Shown here: positions 48,348 through 59,079 of the stretch, one piece after another
Position numbering within the stretch: the stretch's first letter is position 1
Layout of the letters: each line of letters opens with the position of its first letter
From: Lepidodermella squamata
Taxonomy: Eukaryota > Animalia > Gastrotricha
Length of the DNA stretch: 64,000 nt
Assembly: GCA_047495785.1 (NCBI GenBank)
Contig: JBLDXI010000042.1
Coordinates: forward strand, 4,216,001-4,280,000
Direction: 5' to 3'
Made by a program: the position numbers and the translations under genes
Notes under the pieces: generated by a model
Told to the model about the DNA's origin: nothing
Databases searched by the model: none
The model's input: the letters and a program-made list of their open reading frames with translations, nothing else

Positions 48348-49007
48348 CTAGTTGATCTTCTTAGCTTTCGTAGACAAGGGAGCCGCGATCGGGTCTTTTT
48401 CGAGCGTTTTAGTCAGGAAGTTGTATGTGAAGCTGGCATTTGCAGTAATAAGTTGAAAGCCATCCTTACCCCAAGAGATTTTTTGGTTATTCTTCGTGGC
48501 CTTGATTTCCTCGATTTTTTCACGAATAAGTTTGCTAGCAGTTGAGCGGTCCTTTGTACGGCAATTTTTGACGGAAAAATCCAGAGGGTTTCCATCTCCT
48601 TTCGGTTTGTGATTTTGGACACACTCCTTGATAATGTCCTCGGCGTTCAATGTTTTCAATTCAAAAATAACCGGTCGAGGTTTCGGCTTTTTGCCACCAG
48701 GTTTAGTTCCGAGGCGAAAGGCTTTGACCTCGATGTCGACGAGTTCAGGTATTTTTTCTTTGAGCTTGACTACAAGATCTTCGTCGTTGGTTTCAGGTAA
48801 ATTGTACACAATCGCAGAGGTGGCCAATCGGTCCTGTTTCAGCCGATTGATTTCGATTTGTAGGTCGTTAATCAGACAGCCCTGAGCTCGTATTTGTTGT
48901 TGTTGATCGGCAATGGTTGCCTTGAGACTGTCGATACTTTCGCGAACCCCCATGAACAAGCCTTCAAGGTAGGCCTTGTCGTTATCGTTGAAAGGCATTT
49001 TTGGCAC
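48348..49007 (-). CDS. LINE ORF1 (coiled coil plus RRM-like)
   Basis: Heptad region, IVYNLPE, FRLG...PRPVI typical of CR1/L1-like ORF1. Confidence 0.85.
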   Translation of the reverse strand: MPKMPFNDNDKAYLEGLFMGVRESIDSLKATIADQQQQIRAQGCLINDLQIEINRLKQDRLATSAIVYNLPETNDEDLVVKLKEKIPELVDIEVKAFRLGTKPGGKKPKPRPVIFELKTLNAEDIIKECVQNHKPKGDGNPLDFSVKNCRTKDRSTASKLIREKIEEIKATKNNQKISWGKDGFQLITANASFTYNFLTKTLEKDPIAAPLSTKAKKIN

Positions 49008-49145
49008 ACGGCCAGTATAGTAATATGTTATAATAATAAATTTGATAGTTGATAGAAAGTTGATAAAAAGCGGAAAAAAACAACTTTCTTTTAGAATGAA
49101 ATCGAGTGAATCATTCTAAGATTTATGATTTTAGCCTACTCTTCC

Positions 49146-49638
49146 ATGGCTTTTCTCCCATGCTGTCTTTTCCTTTGTACATTGGCTGTTGCAACCTTGA
49201 CCCAGCCGATCGAGATCATAACTGTACCAGAAATCCCGCTTGGAGCAGCCGATCAAGAGTCGGGAATAGCTATTGCAGTGCCGGCAGTCAATATAGAAGC
49301 TTCGGATTCTGTTATTGAGGCAAATTCGTATCAATCAAGCAGCCAATTGAACATAGCTGGTGAGATAATTTTCGAAATTCTAGATTGTTTAATTGATTAT
49401 TTGTTTCTTGATAGCTGAGAAAGCGCAAAAGCTCCAAAAAAGCGTTTCATTCATATTGCGACATATTTCGCGGCAACTTCGTGGGCAAATAGTGCGAAAT
49501 CTGCGCTTGAAGAAATGTATCGAGATCATCGGATCGCGTAATGTCTGCGAGAACAAGGCAACATTCTACCTATGGGCCCAGTTTCTTGCTAAAGACATTA
49601 TGGCTGGCAAGTTTGATGGAAAACTGTTCTCTGCCTGA
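49146..49638 (+). CDS. Secreted cluster protein G, 2 exons
   Basis: Exon 1 49146-49359 (signal plus acidic region), phase-1 intron 49360-49414, exon 2 RNLRLKKCIEIIGSRNVCENKATFYLWAQFLAKDIMAGKFD. Confidence 0.88.
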
Positions 49639-50785
49639 TCATCTCTGTGCAGCTGGCCGAATGCCGTCAGTAGATCTGATAACATAATTTTATTCATTTT
49701 TTGTGAGGCTAGCCCTCACCTGATCCAAACTTTGAGAACTTTGCACGGTCAGAGTTCATAATTTCAAGGTACTAGGTACTAGTAGAAGACACTTCCTTAG
49801 ATTTAACAACTCCTTATCTACCTATATTATTTCCTCGCTCTGTGAGCTATTGATTTTCTTCAAAATAAATATTGCGATGATCGCCAATCTCCATTATTGA
49901 ATTGCTAGTCGGATGAAAGAATCGAATTCAAAATCAATCATAATAATTTCATTCAATTCTAAGATGTATTCAATTACAACAATTCTCTTGCATGTCATGA
50001 TTTCTGAAATTCTCTTCTGAAAATCTCGCAAGAGAGCAAGCAACATAAATACTCCCCCAAGAGGATCAAATTTGTGGGTCAGTAATTGTACTTTAATTGT
50101 CGGGCCGGGCTCTATTGTGAGATTTTCTTGGCTTCGGTAAAAAGTGGCTGCGCTATGCATATTTACCAAAGAAAATTCAAGACACGAAACCTTATTGGCA
50201 ACATTTTCAGTAGGGATAAGGGATATCAGATCTAAATGCAAACTGCGATCACCATACGCCGTCGACATCGTCGGAGCCTTCAAACTGAAATCAGTTACAA
50301 TTCAATTTTCATTTCTTCTCACCTAGCATATGCATGTCGTTAGCTTTTCATTTCAATGTATGAAAAGTTTTTAGATATGTGCATCCTCCCGCATACGTAT
50401 GTAGCATATTTAGCAGATGAAAGCTGCGCATCTCGTTTTAAGACATATTCCAACAGCTTTCTCGGCTGCTAGGACATGACGATCTCACACTGTTAACTGA
50501 GAACGAAAATAGCAATGACAGATATAATTTCTGAGCCTGGAGCCTAGATTGTACAATAGTAAATTATATCAGTTCACTGCACAAATCAATCATGCATTCG
50601 TGCGATTTTATATCACTCACGTCCTGCGTTACGCGAAAATTCAGATCGCATTGACAGGTTAGTTCACCTGGACACTTCGAGCTCGCACCCACGACAGGCC
50701 CTACCTTGTCTTATTCACACGCGCCGGCTAAAAATACTTTTTTTCATTTTGATTCAAGCAAACTCGAACGCGCATATCATCTTTC

Positions 50786-51204
50786 ATGTCAACCATCGTT
50801 GCTGTATATTTCGTGGTTGTATTCCTCGTGGGAATCGGCTACTCGCAAGAAAATATAGCCGAGCTTGATGTGCTGAAACCCAAAATCTCTAATATAAAAT
50901 TGGCAAAGATAGGCGGTAAGGTCTTTCAAAATTTCTGATAAATTTCTCATCACTCAATTTCTGCGTAGATGCCATGCTGAACCACGCCGATATGCTGCGC
51001 GACAGTCGGCTGGCTTTGGATAAGTTGCCGAAACCACTCCTTGTCAAGTTAATTCGGCGTTATCGCATGCAGAAGTGTTTATCGGTCATTCATTCGCAAG
51101 CGATTTGCAACCAGCGGGGATCTTTCAACATCTGGGCCCAACTACTTGCAAAAGATATCATGAATGGCAAGCGTGATGGCGCTATTCTAATAACAACCAA
51201 TTGA
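50786..51204 (+). CDS. Secreted cluster protein H, 2 exons
   Basis: Exon 1 50786-50915 (MSTIVAVYFVVVFLVGIGYS), phase-1 intron 50916-50968, exon 2 RRYRMQKCLSVIHSQAICNQRGSFNIWAQLLAKDIMNGKRD. Confidence 0.88.
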
Positions 51205-52142
51205 AATTAAAGCGGAATAACTTAAACATTTCAATTATATACCAATAAATACATTGTAAAATATAAGATGTACGAATTTACAACTGTTTTGAAATACATT
51301 GTATTGAGCCTGAATGATCATTCGAATTTACAGGATATAATACTGATGTTTCATCCTTTAATACTCTCTTTATTTATTCTCGGTACTCGGCACTAACGAT
51401 TTTCGAAGATAATCCAGATAGGGAGTAGTTAGCATTGCTTCACTCGCGCACAAATTCTACCTAATGCGTAAAAGAATACGCGATGAAGACAAGGTTTTGG
51501 GTGCTTGCCAGGATTTCCGCGGGAGACATAATTCGGGGCAGGAATTCAGCTGGGCTCCTCATTCAGCTGTCATCTTTCATGATTATGCATAATACACAGA
51601 AAGCACAGCAGTGCGCTTCCGAATTATATGCCGATGTAGTACTTCTTCGTTTCGTTGCTGCGATCTCAACACTCACTACCTTGACAGCGCTCTTGCTGTC
51701 TTGTTAATAGTATCAGGTCACTAATAAGCATGCACGTACACATTATGTAAAATCGCGGCGATTATTACAATAGATTTTACCCTCGTTCTGCTTTTTATAT
51801 GCGGGATGGATATGCCTGACAGGATAGTTCATTTTCACAATCCGCGGCCACGACAGACTCTGTATATTCAGATATCGTTAGAATTGCATTATATCTTTAG
51901 GGATAAATCGGCGTACGACCAGAAAATTGTCATAACTGCATTATTCCCCATTAGTTCATTGAAGACTTCAAAGCGAAATAGCAAAATCTAGCTAAATCGG
52001 CTCTCTGTATGGGGGTTCGATGCCACTACTGCGGTTTTTAAATCTTCGCTCATGGATATCACGACGGATAATTTTATTCACATTTTCGGATGAAAGAAGT
52101 CATTTGTTGGATGAAAAAGACATGCGTTGGATGGAAAAAGTC

Positions 52143-52565
52143 TCACCACCGTTTAATAGCGGTAATCAGCTGCAACATAACTTTGGAAGCTTGTAGATTG
52201 GCTTCTCGCTTCATTTCCATAGCTTTCAGCTCTCGCGTCCATAGGTAAAAGGCTAGCGGTCTAGTGGTGCAGAGTGCCTGCGGTATTGTTTCTGGGCACT
52301 TGTTTGAGAGCCGAATGTTAACCACCCTCGACACAAATTTCGCAAGAGCGACCTTCGCAGATGGAGAGAGTTCATCTGTTGGAAGCGCCTGATATTGGGC
52401 CATTTTCGAAGAGCGAAAGAAAATCTTACCTGCTTTCACTTTGGGAAGGCTGTTAACATTGGTTGAGGCAATTGTTGCGGGATCGCTTTCCAAAGAATGA
52501 GATTTCTCCGTTAAAAGAGCGATCACACTCGCCAGTATGACAATAAGCCAGAGCGAAATATCCAT
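52143..52565 (-). CDS. Secreted cluster protein I (inverted orientation), probable in-frame 54-nt intron
   Basis: Signal peptide; VVNIRLSNKCPETIPQALC...AFYLW; GTAAGA...CAACAG phase-1 intron at the family position has no stop. Confidence 0.85.
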   Translation of the reverse strand: MDISLWLIVILASVIALLTEKSHSLESDPATIASTNVNSLPKVKAGKIFFRSSKMAQYQALPTDELSPSAKVALAKFVSRVVNIRLSNKCPETIPQALCTTRPLAFYLWTRELKAMEMKREANLQASKVMLQLITAIKRW

Positions 52566-53858
52566 TTATCGAATTTTTTGAGACTTCGAGGGGTTTCACT
52601 TCAGAATATAAAGTGTTTGTATCCAGCGAGCCCGGAAATATGAGACGAAGGAATTTCGGTTTCTTGCAAATTCTCGCCTTGCTAATTCTCATCTTGCTAA
52701 TTTTTAAGTCTGACGAACAGTACCGAACATCTAAGAATACATCTAATTACACTTGATACGTCAGTAAAACGTGATTTTATGGCCATAGACGCTGGATTTA
52801 TTATTTAATATTCAATGTTTAATAACAAATTAACAGATTCTTGGCAAGATCTAACCGACTCAATTTTCATCCTGCAGTTTTGAACATCGACTAAAACATC
52901 TGTTTCATAATTTTTCACCGTCAGTTTCGTTATATTAATTCAATTCGGCCCATTTGAGCGAGAACTTCAATCGAGAAAATATGAACTTCAATTTATGGTT
53001 CTGTTATAAATAAAAATGCCGTATATACTGAATTACAAGGGAGTGCCTTTAAATTTTTTCTAAGCCCATTCCAAAAGGTATGACATTATTTGAAGAATTC
53101 CAGGTGAAGTCAGGTGAACGTCCGAATCGCTCATAAATATAGTGCAAAAATTCAAAATTGCAGCCAATTTTTTATTTTTCTGTGTAACTCATTTATTGCA
53201 TGTTTAACAATCATTTATAATTATCATCAATGATGCTTCTCGGGTGGTAGTTAAAACTGCTTTCATCGAAATTATGCGGAAGATTGAATGTTCTAAAATT
53301 TAGTACGAATGCGTTATTGACATGTCAAAAACACCGCCGTCCGAAATGGCTCGGAAAAGAGCATAAGCCACAAAAACATTTGGACATTACATTAAATATA
53401 CCTATAATTTGCATTGTAGGCGCTTCCATTTTGTTTGTCAAACGTTTTATGACCGATTTAATTCAACGGAGTCTGCTTATTGCAAGACTGTTCAAAGCGG
53501 GACATTGTTATGCATATAATGCCTATAGCCAGGAACAAAAAATTATCAAATTGATTAATTCCATTAAAAGCAGACATATAGCAGACTTTAGCAGAGTGAA
53601 AGCTGAATTGAATCCGCTAAGAGGTTATTTCCAAGTTAAACTGGGGAACAACACATCAAAGCGTGAAACTGTAACTAATTTTTACCCTATTTACTGTTCA
53701 TTCATAACATTTCGGCGTATCGCTTAGTATCGCACCCCGTCCAATTAAAATTATATGCGAGGATCCGAGCCCCACGCTCGCTTTCCCCTATATAAGGCAA
53801 GGGCTTCCGGTGAGCAGGCTTAACACGGTCTATATACTCACATCCGAATAAATTCAAC

Positions 53859-54307
53859 ATGCGACTTGTCGATTATTTTATTGCTATAACTTTATCCGTA
53901 GTTGGGAACGTTATAGCTGAGCAGTTGGAAGTAGTGGGAGTATTATCAGTTCAAGAGCCTGATGTTCCTGTGGAGAATCCTATGTCGTTGAAAACGCTGA
54001 TCGAGGTACCGCCTCGGTTGGATGGTGAGTACAACAGCTTTGAATGAGTTTCTAATATCTAACTCCAATTTTATCTTTTTCAGCTAATAGAAGAATCGGT
54101 CTACGGCAGAGTGCTCAAATAATTTGGCAAAAGATACCACATCAAACCCGGAATCAGATTATGCGGAAACTTCGAATGAAGAAATGCATAGAACTCATCA
54201 AATCGCAAGCAATATGCGACAATAGAGCATCATTCTATTTATGGGCTCAGTTCCTTGCGAAAGATATAATGGCTGGAAAACTCGATGACAAAATTCGCAT
54301 TATCTGA
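53859..54307 (+). CDS. Secreted cluster protein J, 2 exons
   Basis: Exon 1 53859-54024, phase-1 intron 54025-54083, exon 2 RKLRMKKCIELIKSQAICDNRASFYLWAQFLAKDIMAGKLD; TATATAA near 53790. Confidence 0.9.
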
Positions 54308-54655
54308 TTTTGAGCTCTTGATTATGCTTTCAAAATTGCAATTATTTCTACCAGTAATAGAGCTCGTTTTTATTGTTGGAATAAAACTTATCATCCGATT
54401 TAATTCACGCAGTTGTTTGTTGTTTCAGATGTTCAGCTTTCATTACTCAGTATAGAGAGGGGAAAAGCTTGTCTTATCATATTGAATTTTAATGCTGATC
54501 ACTCTCGAGTTGAAGCGAAATCGTAAAGTTAAACTGGGCAACTTCACATATTCCTTTTAGCTGAATGACCAGGGATTCTTTCCAATTCTAGTAGAGATTG
54601 AACGAGATAAAAGCTTATCATTTCAGTAGTAGGCAAAGCAACAATCTATACTTAT

Positions 54656-55852
54656 TCATCTTGTCATTAAATATAACAGGCAACCATCAGTAATAAGGAC
54701 GGTTAATGTGGAAGCCGTCGCCAATACAACATCCATTAGCCTCAGGACAGTCAAATGTCCAGCGATGCCCATCGGTTTCAGTGAAACCTTGCGACGCCAG
54801 AAGCGCATGCGACCTAGCTCAACAGCAGTCAAAGAGTAGCATGTAACAATGATACCGATTGCCATATTAAAAACGACCAGGTAAGCCAGCCAAACAGGTT
54901 CGGTTGTTTGCGGAATCGTGGAGTAAACGATACCCAACAGCATTGTAAAAGCTAGAACTGTTGCCATTCCGAAGGCTGGTCGATCCGACAAACCCGGCGG
55001 CATCAAAAACTGCCCGAGATGAAGAATCGTAACACAAAGAACCGGGTAAACTATGCTAATCATGACATATTGAGATTTACGCTTGAACTTTATGCCGAAT
55101 TCCATTTTGTAGTTGAAAAATATTGAGAATTTCGCCAGGTAAGCTTTAGTCCTCAGAGGAGGCACTACTTCCCAAACTTCAGTGGCGCCAATGAAATTCG
55201 AGGCGTTGTTGATCTCGAATAGTCCGATTCTATACACGGCCATTTCAGGTGGTTCCACGGCATAGAAAATAATGCTGCAATCGAGTGTATCAAATGGGAA
55301 GTTTTGAAAAGCGAACGAATCACAAGCCGTGTGAATTGTTGTGATGGCGATATAGAAAGCGGTCCGATTTGTGCTGAAGGGGTATACGTGGATGTTCCGT
55401 ATTACCTCTTCCAGGGGCGAAGCAAGCTCATAGCCATTCTCGTGCCTCAGTTCTGGATACCAAGTGTCTCTCTTGTCCATTTTTATTTCTAGTATTCGCA
55501 TACCTGGGGTGCTGCATTCTTTTTCGCTGAAGTAGTCCTGACATACAGTTGAGCATTTGTACTTCCAAAATGCGTTAATTTCGCCAAAAAGGGACAGCTT
55601 CTTGTCAACTTCATCTATCTGTACGAAACGGGCAAGAGTCCAAGAAATTTCGACTTGAATCGGTTCCTTGAATTTGGATTCTAGGGCCATGTGGCTTGGC
55701 AAGTCTAAATTTGTTACATAAGGGCAGCTGTCGAGATAAAATTGACGAAATGTTGCCCAGTCTCGAGTCTTGTTGAAGGGAGAAATTATTGCTGGAGAAA
55801 TTTCACATAACGCCATAGATGTTGTTAGAATCAATGTTGTCAACCGCATCAT
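54656..55852 (-). CDS. Divergent intronless Cys-loop ligand-gated ion channel subunit (398 aa)
   Basis: Signal peptide; WYPEL; Cys-loop CDSFAFQNFPFDTLDC; KRKSQY pre-M1; four TM segments; very short M3-M4 loop. Confidence 0.88.
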   Translation of the reverse strand: MMRLTTLILTTSMALCEISPAIISPFNKTRDWATFRQFYLDSCPYVTNLDLPSHMALESKFKEPIQVEISWTLARFVQIDEVDKKLSLFGEINAFWKYKCSTVCQDYFSEKECSTPGMRILEIKMDKRDTWYPELRHENGYELASPLEEVIRNIHVYPFSTNRTAFYIAITTIHTACDSFAFQNFPFDTLDCSIIFYAVEPPEMAVYRIGLFEINNASNFIGATEVWEVVPPLRTKAYLAKFSIFFNYKMEFGIKFKRKSQYVMISIVYPVLCVTILHLGQFLMPPGLSDRPAFGMATVLAFTMLLGIVYSTIPQTTEPVWLAYLVVFNMAIGIIVTCYSLTAVELGRMRFWRRKVSLKPMGIAGHLTVLRLMDVVLATASTLTVLITDGCLLYLMTR

Positions 55853-56995
55853 GTTTCGCTAAAACAAAATGGTTTTCCCTGAGTGAAATAGAAACAGCGA
55901 TGATTTCGGATTCCCCTTCAGCATTTGCAAATTTCCGCTTCTGTATCGTAAAAGTTAATATTCTCGTGTTGATTTTGTACGTGAGTCAAAATCGACGCGA
56001 ATAAGATAGGAAAATATTACTGAGAGTCGAATTTAAGCCATCTCATCCCACAGGACGATGGGCGAGAGTATGGCATCAATACAGCAGGCGATCTATAACC
56101 CGCGCATATTATTTTCCTTATCCTGCAGCTGGGTCATTTGTCCACAGAAGAATTGATGCTTGAAAGGAGAGCACACAGCAAGCTGGACGGTGTCACTGGT
56201 TGAAGTTGTAATGCCAATCGATTTTCGCCAAAGCGGGCCATAATCGATTTCGATTTCGAAACTTATTCTCAAGTTCAGGTCTATGTTGACCCACTCAACC
56301 AAAATGCATAGCTACGCCAACGGTTTCAGCTAAAATAAATATTGATAAGATATTTCCGCTTTCCTTTGGATTCCGCTTTCCCTCAATCGACTCGATTTGA
56401 TTCATGTTCCCCATTCATGTTGATTCATGTTTTGCGTTTTTAGGCCATAACTTTATGGAAATTGACCTGAAGACGGTGCGATTGATCTCTCATAATTAAG
56501 CGTAATTGACGTGGCCCTATCTGAATACAAAACTGGTTCGCATTTACTAGCTTATTCAATTAGTCAATAGTAGTAGGACATTCCATCCGATATATTTGCT
56601 TTTAGGACTAACCTAGTTCCGAGTTCTGAGGTTCGACATGTCAGACTAATTTGCTAGACTTTGACTTTGTCAGTGAAAATTATGCTGCTTAAAGGGACAT
56701 CTCTGTAAGCCATTAGGATTAAACAGTTAAGAACATGACTCATACTTCATCAAACACGTGAAAAGTCATGTAGCCACTACAATGTTTTGCCGTATAAACT
56801 TACCAGTGTAAATATGCTTTACCCGATTTAATGTTCAATTGAGTTGAACATGAACATTTCGTGGTACTTGTGATTGGCAAAGGGTTTAATTACAATTATT
56901 TTAGTTGAAGGAAATGTTAGGAAATAATTTAAATTTAGTAGAACTTTTCTCGAAAAAATGCGAGTGGGGGCTATAAATAAATAAATAACAAATGA

Positions 56996-57800
56996 TTAGA
57001 TTTTTCTGAGCAAAGCGGGTGTTAAGGTGGAGGTAACCCCTATTACGACGTCCATCAGCCTCAGGACAGTCAAATCTCGAGCGATACCCAACGGTTTCAA
57101 TGACCACTCACGACGCCAAAAAGGCGTGTGAGCCAGCTCAACAGCAGACAAAGAGTAGCATGTCACAATGATGCCAGCTGCCATATTGAAAACCAGCCAA
57201 ACAGGCTCTGTGGTTCGCGGTATTGACGAGAAAAGGATGTCTAACAGTATCGTAATGCTAGGACGGTAGTTATTCCAAAGGTTGGCCGATCAGGTAATTT
57301 TGGCGGCATTAAGAATTGCGCGAGATGAAGAATTGTAACGCAAAACGCAAAGAACCGGATAAACTGTGCTGGTCATAAACTAATGGGATTTGCGTTTGAA
57401 TTTTATGCCGAATTCCATTTTGTAGTTTGAAAATACCGAGAAATTTGCCAAGTGTTGTTTCTCAACGGAGGCACGAACTCCCAAATCTCGGTAGACCCAA
57501 TGAATATAGAATTATTATTTTTCGATTCGAAATACCACTTTGTTGGTAGCTTCCACGGGGTAGAAAATGATGTCGCAATTAAGGGTGTCGAACGGGAGTT
57601 TTTGGTAGGCGAATGAGTCGCAAGCCGTGGGAACTGTTGTGATTGCATTGTAATAAGCGGTCCGGATGCGGCTGGAGTGGATACACTGTGACGCTCCGAG
57701 TAGCCACTTCGAATGGCGCCGATTGTTCGTAGCCATTTTGATGCATCGTTATTAGTAGGAAAATATCCCGAAACTGTGTCCAATTAATAGTTTGGTTGAA
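56996..57800 (-). pseudogene. Frameshifted, internally deleted paralog of the 54656-55852 channel
   Basis: WTQFRDIFL, ACDSFAYQKLPFDTLNC, FIGSTEIWEFVPPLR and GIIVTCYSLSAVEL...LTVLRLMDVV lie in different frames. Confidence 0.85.
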
Positions 57801-59079
57801 TCTTAACTTCTCCACCGAAAAATCATCACACCAGACTTTGGGCGTGCACAAAATAACTGCAGCTATGCTTCTCATAATGTGTTGAATGACTCGTTCTCGA
57901 GTGTGATAATGTACTTGACGGCGTAGGTTTATTAATTCTACCAACTGTTATTTTGAAGCAGCTTCCATGGCGGAAATCGGATTAACGCCAAGTTAAAACT
58001 ACAGCTTAATTTTGATTTTGAAGTCGAAATGGACGCAGAGACCAAGTTATTCTAGCTTGCTAAGCTGGCGTCCCTCACTATGAACAGCTGGCCATGCGTA
58101 TGGATTCCAGTTTCCAGTTGACGCGTAGGGTCTAGAAAAGGATGCTTACGAGCGCCTTACGCCTTACGACGACTCTCAATTAAAATATTATTGCAATTCG
58201 AATTTATGGTTCCATAGGAAATAACGCTTTAAATTATAGATATATGATTTTAATTCCTCGCGAATGCCTGCGGAAGTCTTCCGGTATATGTTGTTGTCAG
58301 GCTCGTTTCCCTAAATTTCTGTTCTGTCCGACTTTTTAAAAAGAATTACAATAAATATTGGAAACCGCAGCCGATTCATCGTATTTTTCACTTTTTTAAT
58401 AATTCAATATTTCTTGTTAAACAAGAACAATCATTTTTAATTATATCATCAATTACTGGTCGAATGGTACCTAGTAAAGGCGGCTCTTATCGAAATTCGA
58501 TGCGTGACTGAAACCTTGCACAAACACGTGAAATTGAAATGTCAGAAAACTGTCCGAGATGGCCGGGAAAAGAGCATTAAGCTCAAAGATATCAGGGCAT
58601 TAAATTTGATACCTATAAACTAGCAGTAATTCGTGGCATTTTCTGACTATTTGACAAGTTTTCATGGCCGATTTTATTCCTCAGACGTATCGCTCAGTGC
58701 AAGAAAAATGCTCCAAAAATGCGAGACACTGTTATGCATGCATTCAACTAGGCAGGAACAAGAAATAAAAATGATTAATTCCATTAAAAGCCGACACCTT
58801 TTATTAGTAGCGAAGTGGAACATCAGCGAATCTGATACAAGGTTATTTTCGAGATGTACTCAGTAACCACACTTTAATGCATGAACCTATAACTAATTTT
58901 TATCCCAATATTTACCCCAAGTTCACTGGCTTTTCGCCGTATTGCTGTTTAGTTTTGAGCCGATCCAATTAAGGGAATAAAGACGAGGACCCACGACCCA
59001 CGCTTGTTTTCCCCTATAAAAGGCAAGGACCTCGGGTGAGCAGGCATATCATCGTCTAATATACAAGAATTCATTCAGC

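Larger units (their letters stand above)
45986..49110 (-). mobile_element. Non-LTR retrotransposon (CR1/L2-type LINE) with internal deletion
   Basis: ORF1 plus APE/RT ORF2; 3' tail (TTGA)n after AATAAA at about 45986-46010; candidate 6-bp TSD TCATTC at 45980-45985 and 49111-49116. Confidence 0.9.

Noticed and set aside
53284-53727. 147-aa ORF and similar 77-aa ORF at 58633-58866
   Set aside because: Similarity reflects the duplicated J/K upstream DNA; non-ATG starts and frame not preserved overall.
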